Positions 10,701-19,695 of a DNA stretch of 64,000 nt are shown here, piece by piece. The notes beneath the pieces are model-generated. The model was not told where the DNA came from and made no database searches. It saw only the letters and a program-made list of their open reading frames with translations. The position numbers and the translations under genes are program-made. Location of the stretch: the NCBI GenBank assembly GCA_934270475.1, contig CAKQPS010000001.1, positions 42,480-106,479 on the forward strand, in the 5' to 3' direction. The DNA is from an uncultured Alphaproteobacteria bacterium (GTDB taxonomy: Bacteria; Pseudomonadota; Alphaproteobacteria; RF32; CAG-239). The stretch's first letter is position 1. Every line of letters starts with the position of its first letter.

Positions 10701-11134
10701 ATCTTTATGCCGCCAGGGGTATCAAGCAGCACGGCAAATAAAGTTCTTGCTCTTTTTTTATATTCCTGCTGCTGTTTTGCATTACCGATTTCATTTCCCA
10801 GCAGCTTATACAGGCTCTCTTCCAAGTCCGGTTCCGACATTACCGACCATTTGCTGAGGCGCTCGGAAATACGCGTATTCATTTCCACCGCCGCTGCCTT
10901 GGTATAGGTTAGGCAGAGCAAGCGCTGCGGGCTGACTCCGCTTAAAAGCAAACGCAAAACACGGTCGGACAGCACTTTGGTTTTACCAGTTCCGGCAGAA
11001 GCTTCCACCCAAACCGATTTTTGCGGATTAGCCGCGGCTCGCTGCTGTAATGTGGCTAAGTCGCCGCGCTCTTTACGCAAATTTTCAAATTGCTCTTTAG
11101 TCGTCATTAGAACCGTTCTCCTTTGTCTGCTCAT
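7748..11134 (-). CDS. addA: Double-strand break repair helicase/nuclease AddA (UvrD-like helicase plus C-terminal RecB-type nuclease)
   Basis: N-terminal Walker A EASAGTGKTKVL; about 1128 aa; C-terminal nuclease region; classic alphaproteobacterial trxA-addA-addB synteny. Confidence 0.85.
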   Translation of the reverse strand: MSRQRRTVLMTTKEQFENLRKERGDLATLQQRAAANPQKSVWVEASAGTGKTKVLSDRVLRLLLSGVSPQRLLCLTYTKAAAVEMNTRISERLSKWSVMSEPDLEESLYKLLGNEIGNAKQQQEYKKRARTLFAVLLDTPGGIKIQTIHSFCQEVLKRFPLEAGVSPYFDILDDEGAAEALAQIQKELLEQTEHGAEGTLKSSLQYLTENLSEYSFPNVMKNITLNRSKITDLLKNYADETSYEQALAQHLQVSPQDSEEKVIADFMSGINIADVRANIQALLNGGKNDIKRAERFETILQNGFKPADYSLYKQIFLTKDGTLSKQLTSKKTEAVDSLLPDRMVKEGERVLQTEDKICKVRLYNATKAVFAIARELTQRYNEFKKLHSRLDYEDLILLTRNLLADDGVASWVLFKLDGGIDHILIDEAQDTSPNQWKIVKSLSSEFFAGAGNSEKKRTVFAVGDRKQSIYSFQGADPDKFDAMSQLFAERAAADFQKVNLAVSFRSSAAVLNTVNQLFAKPEAAEGVAAPEETVNHIPFRAGEFGKVEIWPLLVAEKKEKTDDYNWQPPVEMSKEVSVKTRLAQKIAAKIKELVTKEGLHYRDIMVLVQTRSSFVDEFIRACKDADVNISGADKLRLSEQIAVQDLISLGRFLLLNNDDLSLAEVLKSPIFGLNDDDLLKLCANRGNAPLWSKLGDYAEYAEVYENLKTLSSMLDFVRPYELFNYVLTTLNGRRKFTERMGMEVEDALDEFINLTISYEQEHIPSLQGFIEWLSRSEVEVKRETEQKDTDAVRLMTVHGSKGLQAPVVFLPDTVRIKNAKNEQALLWGNEIAYYPLNSACYDQNCVNLKEENNRKALEEYRRLLYVALTRAEDRLYICGFTGKKNADKRSWYELCKQTLQENGVASGENFAEEEPEVIAKAKSDAARLQSVMPPPEEWINKPAETESLLAKPYTPSHLEDEEDVDSTSPLTENGNFYRRGTVIHKLLQFLPQSEENQENVVAEYLHKNAADFSERQQEQIKSEVLNLLQNPEFAVIFGKNSRAEVPVIGEVGGKIISAQLDRLVILPQKIMIVDFKTNRPAAKNLEQTPLNYVKQLAAYAELLHKIYSDKTVETYILWTNETRLMRVS

Positions 11135-14015
11135 CTCTTACCGACCATTCTAAAAAGCGTGAAAGATGGTCATAGTCGGAATAATCCGGCGCGTCATGCG
11201 GGTTTGGCTTGGCATAATAAGGCGTACTCTCTTTATCAAAATATGCTATCAGCGTTTGCAAATAGCTCATAGTCCGCTCCAAACCGCGCTGGCTTTGCTC
11301 CTCATCGGCAACAATTTCTTCTTTGCCCAAACGCCAATAGCGCAAAGTTGAAACTTCTTTAGCCGGAATTTCGGAAAAACCTCCACTTTGAACAATCAGC
11401 CCCTCTATTGGCAGCTGAGGCGCCATTCCGCTGGCAATTTCTTTATTTGAACGAGCTTTTCCAGTTTTATAATCCAACACATTTACCCGCCCGTCTTTAG
11501 TTTCATCTATGCGGTCGGCTTTGGCGGTGATAGTGAATTTTCCGCCGTCAGAATCAAAAACCATACTGCCGGATATTTCATTATGTACTTTTTTGACCTC
11601 GGAGCGATATGCTTTTTCGGTTTCAATCAGCCAATCAACGGTTTTAACAAATTTTGGCCACCAGAACGCTTTTATATCCGAACTAATATGGTTAGCGGCA
11701 AACTCATCTTCGCCAATACGCAGCATCTGCACTTTGGCATCATCAGGATAGGCGCCGGTATTGTAAATGTTGTTAAACTTTTCAATAACCGCGTGTATGA
11801 TATTGCCGTAATCACGATAGGCAACATCTTCGTCCAAATCTTCAAGCGGATATAATTTCAAAATATATTTGGCAAAAATTGTGTAAGGATCGCGCATCAG
11901 CATTTCAAAGTTTACAGCCGACAATTTACGCGGGCGCAGGCAAAGCGGCGGACGAGGCTCCGGAGCGCCTATGCGTTTTTGCACAGCGGCGCGTTCCAAA
12001 TATTTTGCCCACAAAGAATATTTGCTATCATATAAAAACGCATATTTTTCCTTGTCTCCGCCGAAATTTGCAGCCAGCACAGTCTCTAACCGCAGCCACC
12101 AGCGTGATTTATTGGTCGGCGTTCCGTCTACACGTTCGGCACGGGTTAAATAAACTTCTTCTGCATTAAGCAGATGAGCAAAATCAGCCGCCATAACTCC
12201 GATTGAACGTTCCGGCAGCGGAAAACCGAAATCTTTTTTCATCGGGCGTGACATCCATAAATCGGCGGAAGGAAGTTTAGGCCAAACACCTTCATTGACT
12301 TCACCGATAATGGTTACATCAAACTGCATCAAGCGGGCCTCTATCGGACCTAAAATTTTCACCCTCGGGTGCATACCGAAGCGCACACGCACATTTTGCT
12401 CTAAAAGCATACTTTCCAGCAAAGGCAGATAGTCTTTAGGCTTGATATGCTCAAGCAATTCGCAATACGGCAAAAAGTCACTGACAAACTTGGCGGCAGC
12501 AGAACCGGCATCGCTTTTCCAAATAATTTTTTCACCGCTTTTAATGTCGGTATCCGCCAAATTTTCGGCAACGCGTATATGTGCGGTAAAAATTTCTTTC
12601 AGACTGGTTTCGGCTTGTCTATAAAGCTCTAGCAGCGGCGCAAATGATGTTTTAATTTTTTCTAAAAATTCAGTCTGACTGTCGGTGAGCTCTTCTTTTT
12701 CACGCCATTTCAACTCCAATTCTCTGACTTTTTGATTGCAATCGGCAGATTTCATTCCGCAGGAAGTAAACGGATGCTTTAAAAGCGAAAGCAAGCTTAC
12801 CTGCGAAAAATCATTTTCCAAAACATTCATAATCAGCCGCAAATAAGTGCCGATAGGCGTCAAACTCAACGGCTGACCAGCCGAATCGTCGGCAACAATG
12901 TTCCACTTTTTCAGCTCCGAAACCACCCGTCTTGCCAAGTTTCTATCCATGGTTACCAAAGCCGCTGTTTTTTCCGGAGTTTCAAGAGTGTTGCGAATCA
13001 GCAGCGCTATAGCCTGCGCCTCTTGCCGAATATCATCACAGTTTAGCAGATGAATACCGGCAAACGCCTCTACAGGAAACGGCTCTGACGACAACTTACG
13101 CCATTCTGCCGACCCAGCTGCCGGACGCATAATTTCTGTAACCAAGCGTTCTTTCGGACTAAAAAGTTTGTGCGGAACATTTATAACTTCCGCTCTGTTG
13201 GCTTTCAAAAAATCAAGAAGTTCTTTAAGTTCAAACTGCGGATGATTTTCATCAATCAATTCCCAGGTCGAATCATCTAAACAATTATCCAGCCCATATA
13301 GCCAAACTTCGCCGTTCGGCAAATTCAGCACCGTCTGCACCAGCTGTTTTAGGCGCGGAAAAGCGGCGGTAGTTCCGGCAACCACAATTTTTTGTTCGGT
13401 TCGGCTTTGCCTCCACATTTTCAGTTCCGCTTCCAAAAGCTGATTGCGGCGAAAAGAAGCATCAACAACTCCGCGTTCTTTTAAAATCTGCGGCCAATAT
13501 TCAGTGATTATGGAAAGCAAATTCAAACTTTCCTGCCAATGCGCCGCATATTCTGCCGGCACAATTTCTTTAAGGCGGGAAAAATCCAAATTTTCATTGT
13601 AGGCAAGGTCGATTAAGTCCGCCAAATTTTTTGCCAACGCATAAGACTGCGCCAAAGAAAGATGTCCCAGTCCAAGCTCCGCCGGCTTTTGCATAATCAG
13701 TTTGGTAAAAATCAAAGTGCGTTCAATTTTAGAAATTTCAGGAGCCAGTCCCTGCAAAATTTTACTGCTGCCGGTTAAAAAAATTTCATCTTCTTCCACG
13801 TCGGCAATCGGCAGAATCCGCGGCAATATCGTCGGGCTAAGCCCTTTTAGCCTCACAAAAGCATCGGACAGGCTTTGGCAAGCACGGCGGTTTGGCAGCA
13901 AAAACAGCATATTAGCCAATTCTTCGGGCTGATTTTCATAATATTTCAAAAAATGCGCCGCCAAAACATCAACAAAAGACTCTCCAGCATTAACATTATA
14001 TATTTTCGGCGCCAT
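11097..14015 (-). CDS. addB: Double-strand break repair protein AddB (alphaproteobacterial type)
   Basis: 972 aa; C-terminal nuclease motif VLDYKTGK; overlaps addA by 38 bp. Confidence 0.8.
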   Translation of the reverse strand: MAPKIYNVNAGESFVDVLAAHFLKYYENQPEELANMLFLLPNRRACQSLSDAFVRLKGLSPTILPRILPIADVEEDEIFLTGSSKILQGLAPEISKIERTLIFTKLIMQKPAELGLGHLSLAQSYALAKNLADLIDLAYNENLDFSRLKEIVPAEYAAHWQESLNLLSIITEYWPQILKERGVVDASFRRNQLLEAELKMWRQSRTEQKIVVAGTTAAFPRLKQLVQTVLNLPNGEVWLYGLDNCLDDSTWELIDENHPQFELKELLDFLKANRAEVINVPHKLFSPKERLVTEIMRPAAGSAEWRKLSSEPFPVEAFAGIHLLNCDDIRQEAQAIALLIRNTLETPEKTAALVTMDRNLARRVVSELKKWNIVADDSAGQPLSLTPIGTYLRLIMNVLENDFSQVSLLSLLKHPFTSCGMKSADCNQKVRELELKWREKEELTDSQTEFLEKIKTSFAPLLELYRQAETSLKEIFTAHIRVAENLADTDIKSGEKIIWKSDAGSAAAKFVSDFLPYCELLEHIKPKDYLPLLESMLLEQNVRVRFGMHPRVKILGPIEARLMQFDVTIIGEVNEGVWPKLPSADLWMSRPMKKDFGFPLPERSIGVMAADFAHLLNAEEVYLTRAERVDGTPTNKSRWWLRLETVLAANFGGDKEKYAFLYDSKYSLWAKYLERAAVQKRIGAPEPRPPLCLRPRKLSAVNFEMLMRDPYTIFAKYILKLYPLEDLDEDVAYRDYGNIIHAVIEKFNNIYNTGAYPDDAKVQMLRIGEDEFAANHISSDIKAFWWPKFVKTVDWLIETEKAYRSEVKKVHNEISGSMVFDSDGGKFTITAKADRIDETKDGRVNVLDYKTGKARSNKEIASGMAPQLPIEGLIVQSGGFSEIPAKEVSTLRYWRLGKEEIVADEEQSQRGLERTMSYLQTLIAYFDKESTPYYAKPNPHDAPDYSDYDHLSRFLEWSVRDEQTKENGSNDD

Positions 14016-14024
14016 TTTTCTCTC

Positions 14025-14615
14025 CTACAGACTTTTTAAATACGCTTTTAGTTTTTCGACAGCCCGTCCGCGGTGCGACACTGAATTTTTTTCTTCTTTG
14101 CTCATTTGTGCAAAACTTTTAGCGAATCCGTCCGGCACAAACAGCGGATCATACCCGAATCCGCCATTTCCATGCTTTTCCAAAGCAATTTGCCCGTCAA
14201 CGCGCCCTTCAAAAAGTTTGTAGCTGCCGTCAGGAAACGCCAAAGATATAACGCAGGAGAAATGTGCTTTTCGGCTTTTATTCGGGCTCTGCGCCATTTC
14301 CGACAATAATTTTTCCATTCCTTTGTCAAAATCGCGGTTCGGAGCATAACGGGCAGAATATACCCCAGGAGCACCGTTCAAAGCATCGACGCACAATCCG
14401 GAATCATCGGCAATGCAAGGCAAACCGGTAAATTTAGCAATAGTTTGGGATTTTAAGAGAGAATTTTCGGCAAAAGTTGCGCCGGTTTCTTCCACGTCAG
14501 GTAATTCCATATCGGAAGACGATTTAACATTTATGCCAAACGGCTGCAAAAGCTCTTTGATTTCCTTAATTTTTCCGGCGTTATGACTGGCAAAAACAAC
14601 TTCTGACAACTTCAT
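14025..14615 (-). CDS. rdgB: dITP/XTP pyrophosphatase (Ham1/RdgB)
   Basis: VVFASHNAGKIKEI N-terminus typical of the Ham1 family; 196 aa. Confidence 0.85.
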   Translation of the reverse strand: MKLSEVVFASHNAGKIKEIKELLQPFGINVKSSSDMELPDVEETGATFAENSLLKSQTIAKFTGLPCIADDSGLCVDALNGAPGVYSARYAPNRDFDKGMEKLLSEMAQSPNKSRKAHFSCVISLAFPDGSYKLFEGRVDGQIALEKHGNGGFGYDPLFVPDGFAKSFAQMSKEEKNSVSHRGRAVEKLKAYLKSL

Positions 14616-14624
14616 ATTTTTCTC

Positions 14625-15335
14625 CTATCCGTTAATGGCTTTTTTCTGTGCCATAATCAACTGATGAATCCCCTGTTTAGCCAAACGAAACAGCTCGCTA
14701 AACTCATTTTCACTGAAAACAGCGCCTTCGGCTGTTGCTTGAATTTCAACTATTTTGCCGCTTTCCGTCAGCACAAAATTTGTGTCGGCTCCGGCATGCG
14801 AATCCTCTTCATAATCTAAATCCAACAACGGTTCGCCCTGACAAATACCGCAAGAAACCGCAGCCACATATTCGCGAATCGGATTGCGCGGCAGCCTGCC
14901 TTCCTGCACCATTTTGCGCATTGCCAAAAACAGCGCCACAAAACCGCCGGTGATTGACGCCGTGCGCGTGCCGCCGTCTGCCTGCAAAACATCGCAATCC
15001 ACCTGCACACACATTTCCGGCATTTCGCTTAAATCAACCGCCGCCCGCAAAGAACGACCGATAAGGCGCTGAATTTCCGCCGTGCGTCCGCCCACGCCTT
15101 TGGTCTCACGATTTACGCGGGTTTGCGTCGCCCGAGGCAAAAGCGAATATTCGGCAGTTATCCAGCCTTTGTTACCGCCTTTGAGCCACGCCGGAACTTC
15201 GCTGCTGACGCTTGCCGTGCATAACACTTTGGTATTTCCACATTTTATTAAACAAGAGCCTTCCGCATATAAATTTACATTCGGGATAATTTCCACTGAA
15301 CGCAAATCCTCGGCTCCGCGGTTATTGCTGCGCAT
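14625..15335 (-). CDS. rph: Ribonuclease PH
   Basis: MRSNNRGAEDLRSV...AEGSCLIKCGNTKVLCTASV is colinear with the RNase PH N-terminus; 236 aa; local GC is higher than the surroundings. Confidence 0.9.
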   Translation of the reverse strand: MRSNNRGAEDLRSVEIIPNVNLYAEGSCLIKCGNTKVLCTASVSSEVPAWLKGGNKGWITAEYSLLPRATQTRVNRETKGVGGRTAEIQRLIGRSLRAAVDLSEMPEMCVQVDCDVLQADGGTRTASITGGFVALFLAMRKMVQEGRLPRNPIREYVAAVSCGICQGEPLLDLDYEEDSHAGADTNFVLTESGKIVEIQATAEGAVFSENEFSELFRLAKQGIHQLIMAQKKAING

Positions 15336-15891
15336 TTATTTTTCCTTTGAATTTGTTTTTCTGCTGAAAAAAGTGATGTACCGCCGACGCCACTCTTTTA
15401 ACAGTGTTTTCCACTTTTTCATCACGGGTTTCTACCACAATATCGGCTTCGGAATAATAAGGATATTCCTCGGTGATATATTCCTGCAGCTTGTTTTTTA
15501 CCGTGGCGTTGTCGCCCAGCAAAAACGGTCGGCGCGTGCGTCCTGCGGTGCGGTGATACAAGGTATCTATATCGGCTTTAAGCCAAATTGTTACAGCATG
15601 CTCTTTTGCCAATTCGCGGGTCTGCTCTGCCACAAACGAACCACCGCCCGACGCCAAAACGCAGGGAGCTCCCTGCAGCAAGCGTTTCATAACTCTTTCC
15701 TCACCGGCGCGGTATTCTTTTTCACCAAAACATTTAAGCACGTCCACCAGCGACAAACCCGCCGCCTTTTCTATTTCTTGGTCGCCGTCAATAAACGGCA
15801 GAGACAGCCGGCGCGCCAATCTTTTTCCCACACTGGTTTTGCCGCTACCCATTAACCCAACCAATAAAATTATTTTATCTATTTTTGACAT
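15322..15891 (-). CDS. aroK: Shikimate kinase
   Basis: P-loop LVGLMGSGKTSVGKRLA; 189 aa. Confidence 0.85.
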   Translation of the reverse strand: MSKIDKIILLVGLMGSGKTSVGKRLARRLSLPFIDGDQEIEKAAGLSLVDVLKCFGEKEYRAGEERVMKRLLQGAPCVLASGGGSFVAEQTRELAKEHAVTIWLKADIDTLYHRTAGRTRRPFLLGDNATVKNKLQEYITEEYPYYSEADIVVETRDEKVENTVKRVASAVHHFFQQKNKFKGKINAQQ

Positions 15892-15992
15892 TTTCTTATT
15901 TTTCTTTGTTCAAACATTTGCTTTCTATTGACCTTATAATATAACCTTGCTACTATTATTCAATCTTTTTTTAATTTGTTGTGAGGAAGAAT

Positions 15993-16154
15993 ATGAGAAG
16001 ACAATCTGCATACACTCAGGGCGGCACCCTAAAAATTGCCTTGTACGCTTTAGGTTTGGTATTGCTCGTTACAATCGGTTTTTTAATGTTCCACGATATT
16101 CAAGTGCCTACAGAACACGTATCGCAGAAAATTTCAGTAGATTTAGATAATTAA
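15993..16154 (+). CDS. Small single-TM membrane protein (53 aa), absent from the ORF track
   Basis: ATG preceded by GAGGAAG RBS; the ORF encodes MRRQSAYTQGGTLKIALYALGLVLLVTIGFLMFHDIQ... and ends 5 nt before the xerD start. Confidence 0.4.
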   Translation: MRRQSAYTQGGTLKIALYALGLVLLVTIGFLMFHDIQVPTEHVSQKISVDLDN

Positions 16155-16159
16155 GGCTG

Positions 16160-17077
16160 ATGCTTGGACGGTTTTTAGAAAGTTTTTTAGAATCTGAAGC
16201 AGCGGAAAAAGGCGCAGCGCAAACTACTTTGTCCGCCTATGAGCAAGATTTGCGGCAATTTTTAGAGTTTACCAAAATAGACCAGCCCAAAGATTTGAAT
16301 GAAGAAATAATAGAAAAATTTATTCAAAATCTGCAAACTGAAGACTATGCCGCCAAAAGCTTAGCCCGCAAGCTTTCTTCCATTAAAGATTTTTGCAAAT
16401 TTCTTTATTCGGAAAAAATTATAGAAAACAATCCCGCTGCCTATATCTTAACTCCTAAGCAAGAAAAGCCTCTGCCTAAATTTTTAACAGTTGCCGAAAT
16501 AAAGCTGCTGATTGAGACGGCTTTTGCCAAAACCGACTACCGCTATTGGCGAATCGGAGTAATGATTGAGCTGATGTATGCAACCGGACTGCGGGTTTCT
16601 GAATTGGTAGGACTACCGGAAAACGCCATAAATTATAAAAAAGGGCTGATAACTATTTTTGGCAAAGGCAGCAAAGAGCGGGTGGTTCCGGTTGCCGAAC
16701 AGGCTCTGAAATCTTTAACGGAATATGCAGATTTACGGTTGGAATTTATCAAAAAAAATTCTGTATCGCACTGGCTGTTCCCGTCTTTGACTTCGGTTTC
16801 CGGTCATTTAACCCGCGACGCCTTTTATAAAGATTTGAAAAAACTGGCGGTGGACTGCGGGATTTATCCGTCACGGGTTTCACCCCATGTTTTACGGCAC
16901 TCGTTTGCCACTCATCTTTTGAATAATGACGCCGACCTGCGCTCCGTGCAAAAAATGCTGGGACATGAGAGTATTGCCACAACGGAGGTTTATACCCATA
17001 TCACCTCGCAAAAATTGGGCGACATCGTGCGCAAAAAACACCCGCTATCCCATTTTACGGAAGAAAAACATGCCTAA
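16160..17077 (+). CDS. xerD: Tyrosine recombinase XerD (or XerC)
   Basis: HVLRHSFATHLL and LGHESIATTEVYTH catalytic motifs; 305 aa; no island context, so treated as housekeeping dif recombinase. Confidence 0.75.
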   Translation: MLGRFLESFLESEAAEKGAAQTTLSAYEQDLRQFLEFTKIDQPKDLNEEIIEKFIQNLQTEDYAAKSLARKLSSIKDFCKFLYSEKIIENNPAAYILTPKQEKPLPKFLTVAEIKLLIETAFAKTDYRYWRIGVMIELMYATGLRVSELVGLPENAINYKKGLITIFGKGSKERVVPVAEQALKSLTEYADLRLEFIKKNSVSHWLFPSLTSVSGHLTRDAFYKDLKKLAVDCGIYPSRVSPHVLRHSFATHLLNNDADLRSVQKMLGHESIATTEVYTHITSQKLGDIVRKKHPLSHFTEEKHA

Positions 17078-17597
17078 GAAAAAAGAAATCATTATCAATA
17101 AAGAGCATACGCTGGAAGATTTGACCAGCGTTTCCAAAACCATTATGCCGCTGGCAAAACAGCTTTTGGGCGCCAAAGGCATGCTGGAAATGGAAATTTT
17201 ATCAGACTGGACCGCTATTGTCGGCGAAGAACTGGCACAATATTCCCTGCCGCAAAAAATATCTTTCCGCAAAGACGAGCGCAGCAACGGAACTCTTGAG
17301 TTGTTGGTTTTAAGCGGAGCGTTTGCCTTGGAAATCCAACACCGCGAATCTCAAATTCTAAACAAAATCAACGCTTATTTCGGATATGACGCCGTGGCAA
17401 AACTGAAAATAATTCAAAACAGCTGCCCTGAAAATTTTTTATTCACTAAAAAACCCATTGATAATGTGAAAAAAAATCTTGTATCTCCCGAAGAACACAA
17501 CTATATTACGGAAATAATTAAAGACGTGGATAACAATGAGCTGCGCCGCCACTTGGAAATTTTAGGCGAAGCGGTATTGGGAAGCAAAAAATCTTAG
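17069..17597 (+). CDS. DUF721/DciA-like protein (putative helicase-loader family)
   Basis: Start re-assigned to the ATG at 17069, overlapping the xerD stop by 9 bp; W..IVG..LA..S.P.K......G.L.L.V.....A.E pattern fits the DUF721 consensus. Confidence 0.4.
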
Positions 17598-17608
17598 GAG
17601 TCATAATT

Positions 17609-18352
17609 TTGGATAAGTTTATAAAATCTCTCAGTAAAATAGCAACCTTTTCGGCGGCTTTTTTAGCAGCAGCTTATTTTTATTTTACCTATAAAGGATT
17701 TGAGATAAATGATGACGGCAATATTGTTTTAAAAGAACAAACCGCCGCTGCAGCTGAGAAAAACGGAATTGCCACCGTATTGCCGAAAGAACTGCATATT
17801 AACGCTTCCACAAAATATGCCATTGGCTCATATAACGCGCCTATTACACTGTATGAATTTTCTTCTCTCGGTTGTCCGCATTGCGCCGATTTTCATTTAA
17901 ACGTGGTGCCGAAACTGGAAAAGGAATATGTTGGCAAAGGCTTGCTGCGTATTGTTTTTGTAAACTTTCCGCTGGACAGAAAAGCCATGCAGGCGGCGCT
18001 TTTGCTGCAATGCGCCTCGGTAGACAACTATCACGGATTTTTATCCCGCCTGTTTGATAAACAGCGTTTTTGGTATTTGGCAAGCGACACTTCGCAATTG
18101 CACAGTTACGCCGCCGAATACGGAATCAGCTATGACGAAGCAGAAAGCTGCCTTCATAACGACGCGATGGCGCAAACAATTATCTCTGACCGCCAGCAAG
18201 GCTTGAAACAACTGGGAATGACCGGAACTCCGGCACTTTTGTTCAGCGGACGCGACGGCAACGAAATTATTTATTCGGCAGCAACTTTCGGAGCGGTAAG
18301 CGAATATTTAAACAGCCGGTATGAAAGAATGGGTATTAAGCCTTTGCCATGA
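17609..18352 (+). CDS. DsbA-family thiol:disulfide oxidoreductase (membrane-anchored/periplasmic)
   Basis: N-terminal hydrophobic segment and CPHC active site. Confidence 0.7.
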   Translation: MDKFIKSLSKIATFSAAFLAAAYFYFTYKGFEINDDGNIVLKEQTAAAAEKNGIATVLPKELHINASTKYAIGSYNAPITLYEFSSLGCPHCADFHLNVVPKLEKEYVGKGLLRIVFVNFPLDRKAMQAALLLQCASVDNYHGFLSRLFDKQRFWYLASDTSQLHSYAAEYGISYDEAESCLHNDAMAQTIISDRQQGLKQLGMTGTPALLFSGRDGNEIIYSAATFGAVSEYLNSRYERMGIKPLP

Positions 18353-18663
18353 AGAAAGACCCGCAAGACATAAAAGAATTGGCTGAACGAATCCGTGAAT
18401 TCAAATCCAAACAAATAAAAAAAGAAAATAAAAGCCAAAATTCTTCGTGGCGCAATTCAGTGGCAGGAGCTTTTAGAATCGGCACCGAATTTGTTGCTGC
18501 GGTAGCAGTTGGAATATGCCTTGGATATACTTTAGATAAAATTTTCGGGACTAAAGTTGTTTTTCTACTTGTATTTTCTGTATTTGGGTGTATGGCTGGT
18601 ATGTTGAATGTTTATCGCTCAGCGCAAGAGATGGATAAAAATATTCAGAAGGAAAAAGATTGA
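18349..18663 (+). CDS. atpI: ATP synthase protein I (AtpI-like, 2 TM)
   Basis: Small two-TM protein translationally coupled to and preceding atpB, as in the alphaproteobacterial atpIBEF'F operon. Confidence 0.55.
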   Translation: MKKDPQDIKELAERIREFKSKQIKKENKSQNSSWRNSVAGAFRIGTEFVAAVAVGICLGYTLDKIFGTKVVFLLVFSVFGCMAGMLNVYRSAQEMDKNIQKEKD

Positions 18664-19388
18664 TGTCAAGTCCGATTGAACAATTTGAAATAAAAAAGAT
18701 TATTCCGTTTGAATTTAACGGAACAGATTTGTCGTTTACAAATTCATCTCTGTGCATGATGATTACCATCTGCGTTATTATGCTGAGCCTTGGCTTATGC
18801 CTTAGAAAAAGAAGTATTGTGCCGACAATGGCGCAAACTATTCCCGAAGCAGTTTACAGTTTTATACAAGGCATTATGGGCGAAACTTTAGGCAAACACG
18901 GCGCTAAGTATGTTTCATTTGTGTTTGCGCTGTTTACTTTTATTGCCGGCGGAAATATTTTGGGACTTTTCCCATATAGTTTTACGTTTACATCGCATAT
19001 TGCCGCCGTGGGCGCTCTTTCTATTTTTTGCTTGCTGCTGAACATTGTATTTGGAATCAAAAAACGCGGCTTGGGCTATTTACGAACCTTTTTTCCGGAG
19101 GGAGTGCCTGTTGCAATGGCACCTTTAATTGTTCCGCTGGAAATAATATCGCTGCTCTCAAAGCCTTTCAGCCTGACAATCCGTTTGGCGGTTAACATGT
19201 CTGTGGGGCATATTATCCTGAAGGTTTTGGGCGGTTTTATCGTTACCATGAAAATTTTTGGCTTTGTGCCATTAGTGGCTGACATGGGAATCATTATGTT
19301 TGAACTATTCGTTACGCTGTTGCAAGCTTATATATACACAACATTGAGCTGTGTGTATTTAAACATGGCAATCAGTAGCGAACACTAA
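18660..19388 (+). CDS. atpB: F0F1 ATP synthase subunit a
   Basis: Polytopic membrane protein with the essential Arg region LTIRLAVNM; 242 aa. Confidence 0.9.
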   Translation: MMSSPIEQFEIKKIIPFEFNGTDLSFTNSSLCMMITICVIMLSLGLCLRKRSIVPTMAQTIPEAVYSFIQGIMGETLGKHGAKYVSFVFALFTFIAGGNILGLFPYSFTFTSHIAAVGALSIFCLLLNIVFGIKKRGLGYLRTFFPEGVPVAMAPLIVPLEIISLLSKPFSLTIRLAVNMSVGHIILKVLGGFIVTMKIFGFVPLVADMGIIMFELFVTLLQAYIYTTLSCVYLNMAISSEH

Positions 19389-19421
19389 CTTTTTTACGTT
19401 AATTAAAGAAAGGAACTCAAA

Positions 19422-19658
19422 ATGGAAAATGAAATTTTGCAAAACAAAACTTTAGCTTATATCGGCGCTGGTATCTGCGCTTTGGCTATGACCGTCGCTG
19501 CTTGGGGTTTGACAAAGCTGTGGGTAGCATTGATTGAAACAGTTGGTCGCAATCCGCAAGTTAAAAAAGACGTTACATTGTTCGGCTTTATCGGTATGGG
19601 TTCTATTGAAGCTATTGCTTTGTACATTTTGGTTATTGCCATTCTGATGATTATATAA
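19422..19658 (+). CDS. atpE: F0F1 ATP synthase subunit c
   Basis: 78-aa two-helix proteolipid with the conserved carboxylate in GSIEAIALY. Confidence 0.85.
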   Translation: MENEILQNKTLAYIGAGICALAMTVAAWGLTKLWVALIETVGRNPQVKKDVTLFGFIGMGSIEAIALYILVIAILMII

Positions 19659-19695
19659 TAGCAGCCGCTCAATAATTTTTTTGAGAGGGAGCAAA

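Noticed and set aside
14735-15855. Plus-strand ORFs (including a 257-aa one at 15082-15855) and several overlapping Arg/Ala-rich minus-strand ORFs in the GC-rich rph/aroK region
   Set aside because: They overlap the well-supported rph and aroK genes. Open frames are expected on the opposite strand and in alternative frames of GC-rich DNA, and the translations are Arg/Cys/Ala-rich nonsense.
16926-17068. Upstream extension of the DciA-like ORF (track start 16926) overlapping xerD by about 150 bp
   Set aside because: That extension is just the alternate frame of the xerD 3' end. The first ATG after the xerD stop context (17069) is the plausible start.
16160-17077. xerD as evidence for an integrated mobile element
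   Set aside because: It carries housekeeping XerC/D signatures and sits in the conserved aroK-xerD context with no flanking phage or ICE genes or att-like repeats. It is treated as the chromosomal dif recombinase.
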